From: Adineta vaga
Taxonomy: Eukaryota; Animalia; Rotifera
DNA length: 64,000 nucleotides
Direction of reading: 5' to 3'
Assembly: GCA_021613535.1 (NCBI GenBank)
Contig: CP075497.1
Coordinates: forward strand, 5,394,001 to 5,458,000
Shown here: positions 51,403-64,000 of the stretch, one piece after another
Layout: every line of letters begins with the position of its first letter
Position numbering within the stretch: the stretch's first letter is position 1
Translations under genes and position numbers: made by a program
Notes under the pieces: generated by a model
What the model was told of the DNA's origin: nothing
The model's input: only the letters and a program-made list of their open reading frames with translations
Database searches by the model: none

Positions 51403-53182
51403 TGTTTTATTGTTTTCAGAAATAGAACACAAGAGCTAGAGAAAAACAGGTAAAGATATGAATGCGTTCGTTACGAATCATCCATTGCTTTTATAAAGAG
51501 CGAAACGGATAGCATATTTGCAAAGGAATCAATGCTGTATGAAATTAAATAACAATTGTGTTATCAGAAAGGAATATAGTCGAAAATAATACTGTCTTAA
51601 GTTACATGATCTTTCCGTTGATAGTCAAGGATTATGAGAACAAAATTCTGTTAAAAAAAGGAATATTAACCCTCAAAACCCTTGTGGTCGTTCCAGGAGG
51701 GGCTACCGAGGTTTGTTTTTTTTATTTATTCAACAATACTTACAAATTCTGCTGTACTTTTTTGTTCAGGATCATTAAAATTGTTTACAGTGGTTTCTAT
51801 CATACAATGTACTCATATTTTCATATTAATCTCCCCATCAATTGTTTTCATCAATAAACATGGCCCATCTGGTCTCTTATATTTATATCATATATCTTAT
51901 ATAAATGTATATCGGAAAAATCAATTCATTGACTGATATACTAAAGATTTATTATAGACAGTCACTCATTGAAAACAAAGAGCTAGATTAAATATAATAC
52001 ACATCAACAAATCATTTTCGTTCATATAAGAAATTTCTAAAGTGCACCAGATGAGGTAGTTCATGTTTGACTAGCTCCAGCTTGTTGTGATGACATCGTA
52101 TTCTAATTTTTAATTTTATATCGAATAAAAATTGGAGGTATGTTTGCGTCTTTCTGTTTTCTTTTCTTTTTCAAGAGAGCCAGTTGAAAGAGTGAAAGAA
52201 ATATACATATCATTGTCATATTACTTCAAAGTAAGATAAAGGCGAATGAGTACGAATACTTTCCCCTCGAAATTCATTTAGATTACTTCAGTTAATATAG
52301 ATTTCCTTTATCAAATGCTCCAATTTATCGATTTCGAAGACGAACGTCTGTTGTATCTCTCAACAAATAGTGAATGGTAATGTGACAGTAACTCTATTTT
52401 ATTAGTCGACAGAATTATTTCAAGTTCAGCAAGATATAATTTTGAATATTCTTCGATACATAATTATCCACTATCAAAGTTAAGAATATAAAACCAATTG
52501 TGAAGTAATCATATAATCAATTTCAAAATGCGCTCACAAATAGATCAATAAACTTACAATTTCCAATGAATAAGAATAAAGAAAATATATTGCACTTATT
52601 TATAAAAAACGTCTACTACTTTCAAAGTAAGTTCGAAAGAAAGACCGATCTTCACGCATATTTGTCTATGTAACCTTATTGACATTAAGATTTAGCAACT
52701 GAATCAGCATAGATTTATAATATGTAGAATTTCAATCGAAAAGAAAAACGTGAATTCATCTATTACATCAATCTTCATACATTGCGAAAGTTTACTTTCA
52801 ATGTTTCTTCTCTAAATTGATAACTTCACTTTGAGTCCGCCCAAATGTTTTACTTAAGCAAAAATGTTTCTCATCTATTCATCAATGTAATGGAAGATTG
52901 TTGTTTTTATTACACGAAAACATCAACAGTTGAAGTTCGTACAATCGTTGGTAAGATGTTTTCAACAGAGAAATTTCATCAACTTCTTTCATTCTCTCGA
53001 TTAACGAATTTTTAAAAAATATATGTGAGAAAAAAAGAAGGAAGGTTTATAAAATCAACAAAACTGCTTGTGTTGACTCTTCCATTAAATAGCAAGCACA
53101 ATTCATCTTTTTGCGACATAACAACATCAGTATTATTTTCTGACGCACACATTTCATACCTTTCGACAAGAAAGAAAACGCC

Positions 53183-53690
53183 ATGGCTAGAATCGTTCCA
53201 CAAATTATCATCACTGCTCTTATTCTATCGGTCTTCTACGTCCATTTAGGTATGATAATTAGTTTGAATATCTATAATAATCATTTCTATTCTTTTAGGA
53301 TCTGCTTTGATTTGTTGGACGTGTGATCCATGTCCAGAACCTCATGAGAATAGTTCAACGACATACAATTCGAGCTGCAAATTGTTCAAGTCAGAATACT
53401 ATTTGTGTGGTAAGATTGTTGTTTTCAATACGTTTAAACAAAGAAAAACGATCGGTTCTCTTGTTTTCTTCTAGAAAAATTCAGTTCGTATTGTCAATCG
53501 AGGAGCTCAAATCTCGAAAGGATGTGTATCTAGTTGTACACAAAGTTCAACAAATTCTTTTGGAACTGGTGCTTTTGTTGATTGCTGTAATTCCGATTAC
53601 TGTAATTCATCAACCAAAAATCAAATTTCATTACCAATTTATATACTTTTACTCTTCACATTTGGTTTTATTTTCTATAATCATCAATGA
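53183..53690 (+). CDS. Ly6/uPAR three-finger protein, probably GPI-anchored, 3 exons
   Basis: Spliced: MARIVPQIIITALILSVFYVHLG SALICWTCDPCPEP...YLCV KNSV...SKGCVSSC...DCCNSDYCN plus a hydrophobic C-terminal tail. Not in the ORF track in this frame. Confidence 0.88.
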
Positions 53691-53844
53691 TTATTTAATC
53701 AAATGGTTGCATAGAACCTTCGTTGTATTTTAACAAAAAAAAACTTGATTCATTTTGTTTTTGTCTTGTTTGTCTATCATTGGTGATGAATATTGAAATA
53801 AAAATCTAATTTTTATCAATCATTTCAATCGTGTATTTGCTGCC

Positions 53845-53916
53845 AAAAGAGGAGAGCAATTCCATGACAGCGTTCTTTATGCAATCTGCTGATCATTAAA
53901 TTGTTCTTCCTCTCTT
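53845..53916 (-). ncRNA. mir-281: pre-miRNA, miR-281 (miR-46/47) family, copy 1
   Basis: 3' arm UGUCAUGGAAUUGCUCUCCUCU (53869-53848) matches miR-281-3p as I recall it (UGUCAUGGAAUUGCUCUCUUU) over 18 nt; pairs with 5' arm GAGGAAGAACAAUUUAAUGAUCAGC. Confidence 0.88.
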
Positions 53917-54011
53917 GTACAGCTGAGCAAAGCAAAAGAGAGAAACATAAAAAAAGAAATTTAATTTGAAAAAGAAGAAAACGAAACTAAACATCGACGA
54001 TATTGAAAGAA

Positions 54012-54085
54012 GAAAGAAGAGAGCAATCCCCATGACAATTTGTCTATTATATCTGTTCTAATTATCAAGAAGAGCTCTCTCCTTT
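54012..54085 (-). ncRNA. mir-281: pre-miRNA, miR-281 family, copy 2
   Basis: 3' arm UGUCAUGGGGAUUGCUCUCUUC (54037-54016), same seed GUCAUGG; 5' arm AAAGGAGAGAGCUCUUCUUGAUAAUU pairs well and resembles miR-281-5p (AAGAGAGCU...). Confidence 0.85.
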
Positions 54086-55044
54086 ACTTTAGAAAACCTT
54101 TCATTGTATATAGATCAATACATACCATTTCCATTTTGTGTTTGAACACAATGTCTATTCAACTGACACATAGGTGAAGAGTATTTATATGCATATGACG
54201 AGAAAAAGAAATCAATGAAAAATGATGTTAACCGAGCATTTTCAATTGTTTTATTCATTTGATGGCATTGGATTAATGGGAAAAAAAAGTCGAAAGAAAT
54301 GAGATATCTATCGATTTCACCTTATCAATTTGATGATCTTGTGTTCAATTGCGGAACGAACGATAGTTTTCATATATCAACAGTCGATTGAAACAAATAC
54401 AAAAGTCCAATCAACGAACATTAAATCGATGATAAAGAAGAAGAAGAAGAAAAAAAGTGATGAAAATGAAGCAGAAGAGATTCATTTGCTCTTCTTTCTT
54501 TGTATAAATGTGTTTTTTTATCGAAAAGAACCTTTCGTGTTCTTTTAATTTACTCCTCCTCACGACACATACTGACATTTGAAACTAACGCGAACAATAA
54601 CAACATTGATGAATATATACATCGTATTGTTAGTGATTTATCAAATCTATCAAACGAAGGAAGAGAGAGAGAGAGAAAGAGAAAGAAAGAAGCATTTTCA
54701 TGGATGATGCCATTTTCAATTTGATGCCGTTTGAACTTTCAATATTCGATAGCTAGACATATAAATCACGAAGTCTAACTAATTGAAAACGTATGATACC
54801 TCCGATAACACAATTCATTGGTTGTTGCTTCTTCTTTTTCATCAGTTTTTTTTATAACTCTACCATCATCATCATCATCATCATCATGATAAAACGAAAA
54901 AGAACACTAACAGAGAACAAAAATGACAGTCGTCATCATCATCAAATACTTGTTAGATCGTGCTTTAGATTTCAAAATCACTCGGAATAAGGAGAAGTTT
55001 ATTTCAAAAAAAAAAGAAAAAGAAGGAGAAGAGAAAACAACTTT

Positions 55045-58000
55045 CTAACAAGTCAATAAATTTAATTTCCATTTTGGATCAATTGTTAACATTGGTTCAG
55101 GTTTATAAACTTTCATTTGATCAAAATATCCTTGACGAAATTCATTTTGATCATGTAAAGTTACTGTTAACCAAATGATATCCGAATATTTCTTTGTTAA
55201 TATGTTTAATTGTTCATATACAATCGATGCTAATTGATCAACTTGTAAATATTGAAGTAGAATTAAAACAATTTTTTCAATACTATCAATATCCATTGTA
55301 ATTGCATTGAGAATTGTACCAATATTTGCGAGAAGATACTTCGTATAACGATATTCTAAAGCATTTGTTGATGAAAGTAAACGATTTTTTTCAAGTTGTT
55401 GAATAAGTAAAGGAAGAATATCTTGTCGAATACGACGATCAATAAAATCCGAACAAAGTTCGCATAAACATTCAATGGTTGTTAAACAACGTATACGAAT
55501 ATTAACATCGAAATCAAAGAAACGATGAATTAAACCTGGCCAAATTTTATGAACTAATGGTAAAAATAAGTTTTCATCAATTGTTGAAAGTAATTGTGCT
55601 AATGATGGAAATGCATCGAGAACATATGAACGTACATGAACATTTGAATGAGATATGAAATGTTGAAAAACATCGACAATGGAAACGAGCATTTGATGCC
55701 ATGGATATTTCTCTTCTTTTTTCTCCTCATCAGTTTCATCTGTAGAAGTATTCGTTGGTTTAGATTGCTGTTGAAGTTCAAGAGCGAAGTCAATCAATGA
55801 TTTTGATGGTAAAGAATTTGTAGAATATTTTGTTTTCCTTATACCAACAATATCGATAACTTGTTGACAAAATACATTTAAAAATTGAAATGTTAATTCA
55901 ATACATTCAATCGATGGTAAACATGATAATTCAAGTAACAACTGTTCAATAACATGTGTCATAATTGGAAGATTAATTACCTGAGTATTTCCTAATCGAA
56001 TAAATTCAATTAAGATTAAATAACCATCATAAGATGATGTTTGTAATTTTCTTAATGATGTATCAATGATATATTCCGATTGAGTTACGAGAAAAGATGG
56101 TAGATGACCTGAAAATGATAGTAAACATACGAATGAAGTTTGATGAATTATTGTAAAGATTGATGAATGGCAAAGAAGAAGTAAAGGTATATAATCAATT
56201 AGATATTCAGTTTGATTAGGTGATGTTAAAGTACGTAAACATTGAAGGAGATAATAGATCGTTAGATTTCGAACAGAAACAGGTACTTCTACGATGGAAT
56301 GAGATCGTTTTTTTCTTCGTTTTGAATGTTTTTGATTATTATCATCACAAATTAAATCAGTAAGTAATGATAAAAGTAGTTGATATCCTTCAATATTTTC
56401 GAATTTGTTTTTTTCAAATAGAATTGAAAGAAGATAGAAGATTTTTTGATTGTTTTCATCGGTTATTTTTTTTCGATTGATTTGTTCGAATAAATAATCG
56501 GTGAATTTTGAATGTGATGTTATAAATACTTTCATAATTTGTTGAATTTCATCATGAACATCAGATTTCAAATGTTTATAAACTGAATCATAATCAGCTT
56601 GATGAAAATTTTCATAATCTTTACTTGGTAATGAAGATCCATTGAGAAGATTCAAATGACTTCGTAGAATAATATCGAAATCAAGTGTTTGAAAAATAAA
56701 ACGAAGTAATTTATCAGTAAATGTATTCATATCGAAAAGAAAATCAATATGACGATGAATAAATGTATAATAACCAATGAATAATTGTAAACGCCATCGA
56801 CGATCCGTATATGTTGATATATCTTGTTGTTGATCAAGTAATTGAAAAAGATCAGTTTGACATTCGATCAAAAGATGATCAGATAACTTAATTGTTGATG
56901 AATTGAATATTTCAAATATAAATTCATTCTCATAGGTAAGAATCGATGATTCTGATGATAATGGTAAAGATGGTAAGTCAGATATTGATTCGATTGGTAC
57001 TAGAATAGAAGTGTTACTAAATAAATAGTTTCTTTTCTCTTTTCTTATAACTTACATTGAAATAATTTTTCTAGTAAACGTTTTAAGATAATCTCATTTT
57101 GATCATCTTTTATGGATGAAACAAGAACAAGCATGCTTTTCAATGCAATATTTGAAGATATCTTTAACCATGTTGAACAAAAGCTTAGAATTGTCAACAT
57201 AAAAATTGCTAATGCACGACGAACAGAAACACTTCCATGATTGACATAATTTTTTGTTAAACGTTGCAAAATTGGTGCGATATGTGCATCAACAATTGCT
57301 AACCATTGATCATTTCGTTCAACAACAAGATCACGAAGTTCATTCTTTATTGGATTCGAATGTTTTGATGAACGAACAGCACTTATTCGAATAATATAAC
57401 TCAATAGAGTCAAATTTATTTGAACAAGTCGTTGATGAATAGAACCAATATCTTGTGTTAATGTTTTTAATATGCCCGGTAAAAAACAAGCTATGATTTG
57501 TCCAATAATTACTCGATATTCATTCTCATTTTCATTCTTATTGACATATATTATTGACCATAGTGTATCAAGAATATTTAGTCGATAATCTAAAGAATTG
57601 ATCTTTTCATAGAATTGAAGTAAACATGAAATATAATGACCAATGATTGGTAGATTTTGATTAAAATTTCCTAGAAATTCTCGATAGAAAAATGTTGAAT
57701 TGGTTTTAATTGAAAGACAAAATGCTCGAAAAAATCGAATAAATAAATCTTGTTGAACTTCATCATTCGTTGTCATAATTCGTTTCGTAAGAATAATACT
57801 AATTATACAAAGTAAATCATCTAAAACTTTCTTTGTTGATATGGGAATCAATTGAAATAATGAAATAAATTGCTGAAGAAGTTCGTCAAATATTGATGGA
57901 TCTTGAAAACGAGAAAATTGACGTAAAAGTAATATCGATGGAATATATAAACTATCGTCTTGAATATTCGTCTCTTCTTGTAAACGACGATAATGACATT

Positions 58001-58112
58001 GTTGAATAAGAGAAAAACATGAACGAATGTTATCAATTGTTGGTTGTAGGAGAACATTTCGAAGAGTAATATCAAGATTGAGAATAAGTTGTGAACTAGT
58101 ATTAGAAGACAT
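55045..58112 (-). CDS. TTI1: TELO2-interacting protein 1 (TTT complex, HEAT repeats), 2 exons
   Basis: ACFLPGI; LVVERNDQWL; ENLFLPLVHKIWPGLIHRF; LCSDFIDRRIRQDILP are TTI1-like motifs; intron ~57000-57055. Confidence 0.85.
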
Positions 58113-58114
58113 GT

Positions 58115-58542
58115 TTAGGAAGTTGATTGTAAAGATTGTGATGCTTGACGAGTTTCTTCACGTAAACGACGTTCTTCGAGAACTTTTCGACGAGCTTCAA
58201 GTTCCTTTTCAGCTATTACTTGATCAACGTCTAAAGAAATTTTATATTCAACAAAAATCAATTCTGAAGTCTTTATTTACCTATTTTTTCTGTTTCACCG
58301 GTATTTAAATTATATTTTGTAATAAAGCGATTACCAGTTATTCGAGCAACTTGAACACTATGTGGAATACCAGTTTCTTTCTCTGTTTTATCAGCTCTAT
58401 TCGCAATGAAATAGCCTGTGTATCCCCAAACAATAAAAAATGCAAATGTATTGACAATACCACGAACTTTTTGGATATCTTTAAAGTTTCTTCGTTTAAA
58501 ATAAGCTATCTGTTTACGCCACTCTGCCAATGAAAACCGCAT
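58115..58542 (-). CDS. 125-aa single-pass membrane protein of unknown function, 2 exons (58542-58281, 58230-58115)
   Basis: MRFSLAEWRKQIAYFKRR...FAFFIVWGYTGYFIA (TM)...DVDQVIAEKELEARRKVLEERRLREETRQASQSLQSTS*; canonical 50 nt intron keeps the frame. Confidence 0.8.
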
Positions 58543-58738
58543 TTAGTCTGAAAACAAATTTTATAAAATAGAATTTGAAAAAGAAAAGAAGAAAATGATC
58601 TTGTTCGAAAGAAACGCGTGTATTTATGTGTACATATCACTGTTGTTTTGTTCGGAAGATAACAAAAAAAAGAGAGAGAAAGAAATATGGAGACACCGAG
58701 TTTTGGTTTTTGCACAGAAGAAGAAGACATCTGACATT

Positions 58739-61700
58739 TTACAATTGTACAACGGGAATGGAATTTCCATGAATGGTTGATTGCGTATCAGATTCGGATT
58801 TTGTGGTCGATAAAAAGAAGATGTTTTGAAAAAATTCATCAGGATGATGGATTTGATTTTGATATTTTTCAATGATTTTAGTAATTCGACTTTTCCGTAG
58901 AGAATAAGCTGTTTGAGAACTGTAGAAAAAAGATGCAAAGAAAACATTTATCGAATGAAATAATTCTATTTTTTTTTTGTAGATAACCTTTGACTATCCT
59001 CTAAACGTTTTCGACGACTTAGATTATATACAGCTTGTCGAAGATAATGTGATAGAAGATGAAGTGGAATCACCATTCCATCAAGTAATGGAATACTAGC
59101 ACATGCGGATTGCATTCTAAAACAAGAAATTATTGAATATTTTCATTCCTTTAATATAACTCCAATATACCGTTGAGCATTTGAATTGAGTGATATACGA
59201 AATAGATGATTTCTCAAAGGATGAATACCAATAATAGATATATCGCGAGGTTTTCCTGATTGTTCCTGAGCTAAATAGAGAAGGATTGATAGTAACTCGA
59301 AGACTAAACTTGTATGCGTATACAAACCAGGTAAGATGGAATCAAGATCATCACGAAATTCTTCCAACCAAACTATTAATATTCGCATTTCTGAACCTTG
59401 ATTATCTCCTAGAACCAACATTCAATTCAAAGATCGATATGAAAAGAAAAAAACTATTACTAACCAGAAAATTGATGTGGTAAATAAAAAGCCATTTCTG
59501 TTGTTAGATCAACCCAATATAAGATACTATCTTTACCATCGATATCAACTAGAGTTTTTGAAATGGCATTGGTATCGACTTTAAATAGAAATGATTTAAG
59601 AGAAGAATATTTTCTTATCTAATGAATTACTTGACTGGGCTTTAGCAGTTGTTTTCCAACTTGTTTCAACATTTCCTGTCCAACCACAATGTCGTTTAAC
59701 TTCGACAACTGATCCAAATTGTGAAAACATTGTTAAGAAAGCTGGATTTAATTCTTCAGGTATTTTCTAAAACAACAAACACAAATCATCTTATTAATAC
59801 ATACTATTTCTCCTATCACTACCATATTTGAGAATGAACTATCAAGTGTTGATTGATTCTTTTTTAAATAATAAATTTGTCCTGTACAATGAAGTATTGG
59901 TGAGATTTGATCCAATTTTTTAATATCATCTATAAATGTTTCACTATCGGAATTTAACAAATGAATTCTTGGTTGAAGACGATCAAATAGTTTTGTATCA
60001 TTCTAAAAATTCAATGTATTCTTTCAAACATAGAAGCTTAATTCGAATGATTACCCAATGTTTTCCACGCATCAGATGATACATTGCATCTAATGAACCA
60101 AATCCATAATGTGATAGAAATAGTCGAATACTTTGAAAATGTGTTTGACATCTATATAGAATTGTGTATGAATAAGATTTGATGATGAAGAAGAAAACGA
60201 TTTACTCGGGTGGTTTACATTCAGGTTGAGGTTTTTCATTCGAAAGATGAGCACGTTGATTTGCTTGTTCTTCAATTGATATTTGTTTGGTTTTCAATGA
60301 TCGAAAGAGCGTTAATTTTTCTTCATCACGTTTAATTATTGAATTTAACGTTGGAATACTTAATTCACTACGAAAAGAAGTGAATGTACATTCCGTTCAT
60401 TGAACAATTTACCTTTTAGCACGTTCAGTTTTTGTTCCATGTGAAAGAAAAGATCGATCTCGATGATCGATAGGAGTATTGTTAGCCGGCGGTGAAGAAC
60501 TTTTTCCATTTTCATATTCAATTCGTTCATTTGACTAGAAGAAAACCGATTTATATGGAATAACGAAAGAAAGTATAGATACTTTATTCTGCGGTAATAA
60601 TGAAGTTGATAAAGGATTATGACGGAAATTTAATGTCCAAATATTTTTACCAAATAATCCTCGGCAAAGTAAGAGAATCGTTGGCATGCCTAAATAATCA
60701 GATAGCAATACTTCATTTTCAACAATTCAAGTCATTAGCAAACCATGATTATCAGTAATTGGTAATTCAGTCATAGCAAATAAAGTATTTCCATTAATTG
60801 CAAAATATTTGAATGTTGTATTAGCAAATGTTGATTCATCTAACCAATTACGACAAATATCATTTTTCAAATGTAATACAGCCTAAAAGAAGCATCTCTA
60901 TACTTGATCGTCCGAGAACTAAACATGGCAACTTACTTTATGTTCAAAAAGAACAAACATTAAATATTCTGCTGCTTCTGCTACACGTTGAGATGCGGGA
61001 TGAAATTCTTTATCCTTCTTACAAACAAGTCTATCAGCTGACTAGATGACATAATTGATTAGTTCCATTCGAGAAGAAAGAAAACATCTATTTATGTTAC
61101 TATACCTGTGCTTTTTCTCCCGATATACCTAATTCAATAATTTCACAAAGTTTATATAAATTTTCATAATCATCAAGTAACATTGGTCGTTCAATAAGTA
61201 ATGTTACTAATGTATTATATGTTGCAACACATGTTGAATGCATTTCACGTGTATGATCTTTCGGACTTCGATGTAATTGTGTATCGATAAATGTACACAA
61301 ACGTTTAAGTACATTTTTCCATGTATCAATAGCTAATCATAAAAATTGAATCTTTTTTTTTCGAAAAGATATTCAAAAACACATACGTAATTGACAGATA
61401 GGATCTGTTACAATGGAGATCAATGTATCGAGTGCAGCTAAGAATAATTGTGAATCATTAGTGCCTTTTTCACAGATTTGAATGACTGCATGACTGACAT
61501 AACCAGCAGTAGGATCTTGAAGAAAGAAAATCTCGCAATTAACATTGTTTTAACTTTTGATATTTGTATAAGATTAGATGAACATTAAAAGAAGAGGAAT
61601 ATCTTACCTTTTTTAACATTATCTTCATTTTGTTCTTGTTGTCGATCGAAATGTGCCGCTAATGAACATGCTAATCGAATTGTACCTATTGTAATACAAA

Positions 61701-64000
61701 TGTAAGATCAATCAATAATTCATTAAACATTTACCGAAAAGTAATTGTGTATTTGTAATATCAATTTCTGTTTGTAAAGCAGAAAATAACAATGGAAATA
61801 TTCGTAATCGATATTCTAAAAATGTTTTAATCGTTGTTGTTTGTACATCATGTGATTTTTCGAGATAATCTTCAAATAAATGTTGTTCAAGATGTTGATA
61901 ATGAAATGGTAAACTAATAATTGACATAAGTATATGTATTGATTTCGAACGAATACGTATAAAACGATCACGAATAGTCGAATTCGATGTATTTAATGGT
62001 CCTTTGACTATTCCAAGATTATAATTTATATACGATTGTAAATCAATATGTAGATAATATTCAATTGCATCCAAGAAGAGTGGAATGAGAATATTAATAC
62101 CACGTAAATTGATACGAAATAGATCACCACTATTCAATAAGATGGATTCTATAATAGTTTGAGAACGTTGCTAGAAGAAAAATATTCATTCGTTTTGAAA
62201 TTTTCTAAATTTTATATTACTTCATCTCCATGATAAAATCGAAGTCCTTGCTGTAGAATATAATAGAATCGGCTTAAATATTCCGGATAAATAAATTCAT
62301 CACATTGTGCATTACCAAAGATTGTACATATAGTCGCAAATGATTTGGCAAATGCTTCATCCATTAAACGTTCATTCTAAAATAGAATTGATAGAAAAAG
62401 ATTCAATCGAAAAAAAAATATTCTCTTTTACTTGAACATCAATGACCTTTTCTGTTTCATTTGCTCGTGAAGCTAAATATAAATTGAATAAAGATTGATT
62501 CAGAAAATAAATTGGCATACTTAAACCCGTCAGTAGTTTATTTCGTATAGCCATGTCGTATGTTGTCAATAGCTTTAATTACGCACAAAACATGTACACA
62601 TAAACTACTCACTCAGCCGTATCAATCGAATGAGGCAAAAAAAGAAAAGTCGTATTCGAAATAGTTCGCTCAATTTATATCTGATCACATCACGAAGAGA
62701 CGAATAGAGAGTCAATTATGTCCTATTGTTTTATTTACATAAGACTTTATCTACTTACTATCAAGGAGTGACGAACGTGAATGACGATCTTTTATTTGTA
62801 AAAGACAACAATCTAATATCCATGAGCCATAGAGATGCATTAGACTATTGACAGTAGGATGATTGATATGTATGGTTTTCAAAGAAGGTTTTTCAGATCG
62901 ATTCGTAGCAATCAATAATGGCGTCATTGGAGAAAGATTTTGATTAGTAGGTAAAGGAACTAAAGAAAAAAAAAATTCCAAGAAATATAATGATAGTATG
63001 TTCATTATCATACTTTTTCGATTATCAATTTGTGAACGAGTGGTTCGTAATGTTGGAGGTATAGAAGTCTGTTGATGTTGTTGAACACTCGATGGCACAC
63101 CACGAAGTGAATGAATTGATTGTCGTGGTGTTTGAATATTGTTAGGTGTTGATGGAGTATTTTCATTCATGATTGCTATGGAATTATTTGAAGGTTTTGG
63201 ACTATATAAACATGATGGATCGACATCTTTTCCTAAAGTAAGAATATGAAAAGAAACGATGAATCAGATCGTATGTCATTTTACCTAACCAAATATCAAC
63301 AAACATTCCTATTGCTTTTGTAACATTAACAAATATTCGTGGTAATTCTTGTAGAGATGTAAAATCTTTTAATTTGAAGTTTGCATTCATTTGTAATTGA
63401 CTAGAATATGTTGGCATTTGAAGAAAAACCTAAGAGAATCGAAAGTTTCAATTTATTTTCTTTTATTTTTGTTGAAAATTTTCTAATTACTGAAACATCA
63501 CCACATTCCGATGGATTTTGTAGAATCGTTAAAAATTGAATCCATGTTATTACAAGTTTGTCTAACGAAAGAGAATCGATAACTTTTTGCGTATATTCAC
63601 CTTGATCTGTCTCGGTACCTAAGAAAATTGGATTCGCAAAAACAGAATCTATATAAATTCGAATTTCGTACAAACATATTGCAATGGTATGAAATCTGAC
63701 CACCATAATTTATGTACAACTGTCGATGTAAGAACACACGTGAGCTGCGCCCAATCTATATATTACAATGAAATTTTCATAAAATATCGATGTTAAATCT
63801 AACCATAGACAACAGCTGGCCGATGACGCCAAGTTTGAGTATAATCACGAAACGTTCGCCATAATCCAGGTGGAATACGTATTTTATCAATTGCTGCCAT
63901 AAATACTTGATATATCGAAGGAACAAGACGATGACTCATAACAGCAGTACATTCTTCATTTGCTAGAAAATCGAACGAAGAAATAAGAAGGATTGAATCT
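58739..64000 (-). CDS. RALGAPB: Ral GTPase-activating protein beta subunit, 3' part (5' end beyond the window)
   Basis: SGDLFRINLRGINILIPLFLDAIE; HTREMHSTCVATY...EIIELGISGEK; ILIVWLE; LRQAVYNLSRRKRLE; TAA 58739-58741. Confidence 0.9.

Noticed and set aside
51558-51857. ORF containing a chaperonin-like VVPGGATE
   Set aside because: Isolated short motif, non-ATG start, no flanking similarity.
52052-52077. let-7-like TGAGGTAGTT
   Set aside because: Only a ~9 bp stem with a 7 nt loop; no pre-miRNA-length hairpin and poor match beyond the seed.
53863-53897. SECIS-like ATGA...AA...GA downstream of the Ly6 gene
   Set aside because: Helix too short, and the segment is fully explained by the minus-strand miR-281 hairpin.
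62480-62755. Possible alternative exons in a long RALGAPB intron
   Set aside because: Donor-like sites were seen, but I could not define a convincing acceptor-donor pair with a preserved frame.
1-64000. CRISPR arrays, tRNA/rRNA genes, prokaryotic operons, and the many antisense or alternative-frame ORFs in the track
   Set aside because: The DNA is intron-rich and eukaryotic; no repeat-spacer arrays or recognisable tRNA/rRNA were seen, and most short ORFs overlap real exons in other frames.

Overview
AT-rich, gene-dense eukaryotic (animal) genomic DNA with many ~50-65 nt GT-AG introns. Composition, intron size and gene content suggest a bdelloid rotifer (Adineta/Rotaria-like); this is an inference. 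Genes recognisable after manual splicing, in order: RMND5 (partial), Emi1/Emi2-like F-box (FBXO5/43), IFT74, PLEKHM2/SKIP, an unknown mitochondrial-type membrane protein, PP1 inhibitor-2, alpha-catulin, LYRM9, TINAG-like, axonemal dynein heavy chain DNAH3, an unknown two-exon gene, PRCC, MRPS16, a cystatin, a Ly6/uPAR GPI protein, TTI1, a 125-aa membrane protein and RALGAPB (partial). Notable features not evident from the ORF track: (1) a probable bicistronic locus in which the 125-aa ORF has no internal AUG, a weak start context, and stops 2 nt before the TTI1 ATG; (2) a same-strand neuropeptide precursor gene (PSWAxV-amide) nested in a DNAH3 intron; (3) two tandem miR-281-family hairpins; (4) an inhibitor-2 with two HYNE helices; (5) a ~7.2 kb block bounded by ~170 bp direct repeats, containing a decayed RPB1/CTD pseudogene, a decayed inverted duplication, a structured GC-rich island and MITE-like DNA; (6) candidate frame-preserving micro/cassette exons in DNAH3; (7) operon-like tight same-strand gene pairs. 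All homology calls come from recalled family motifs, not database searches.
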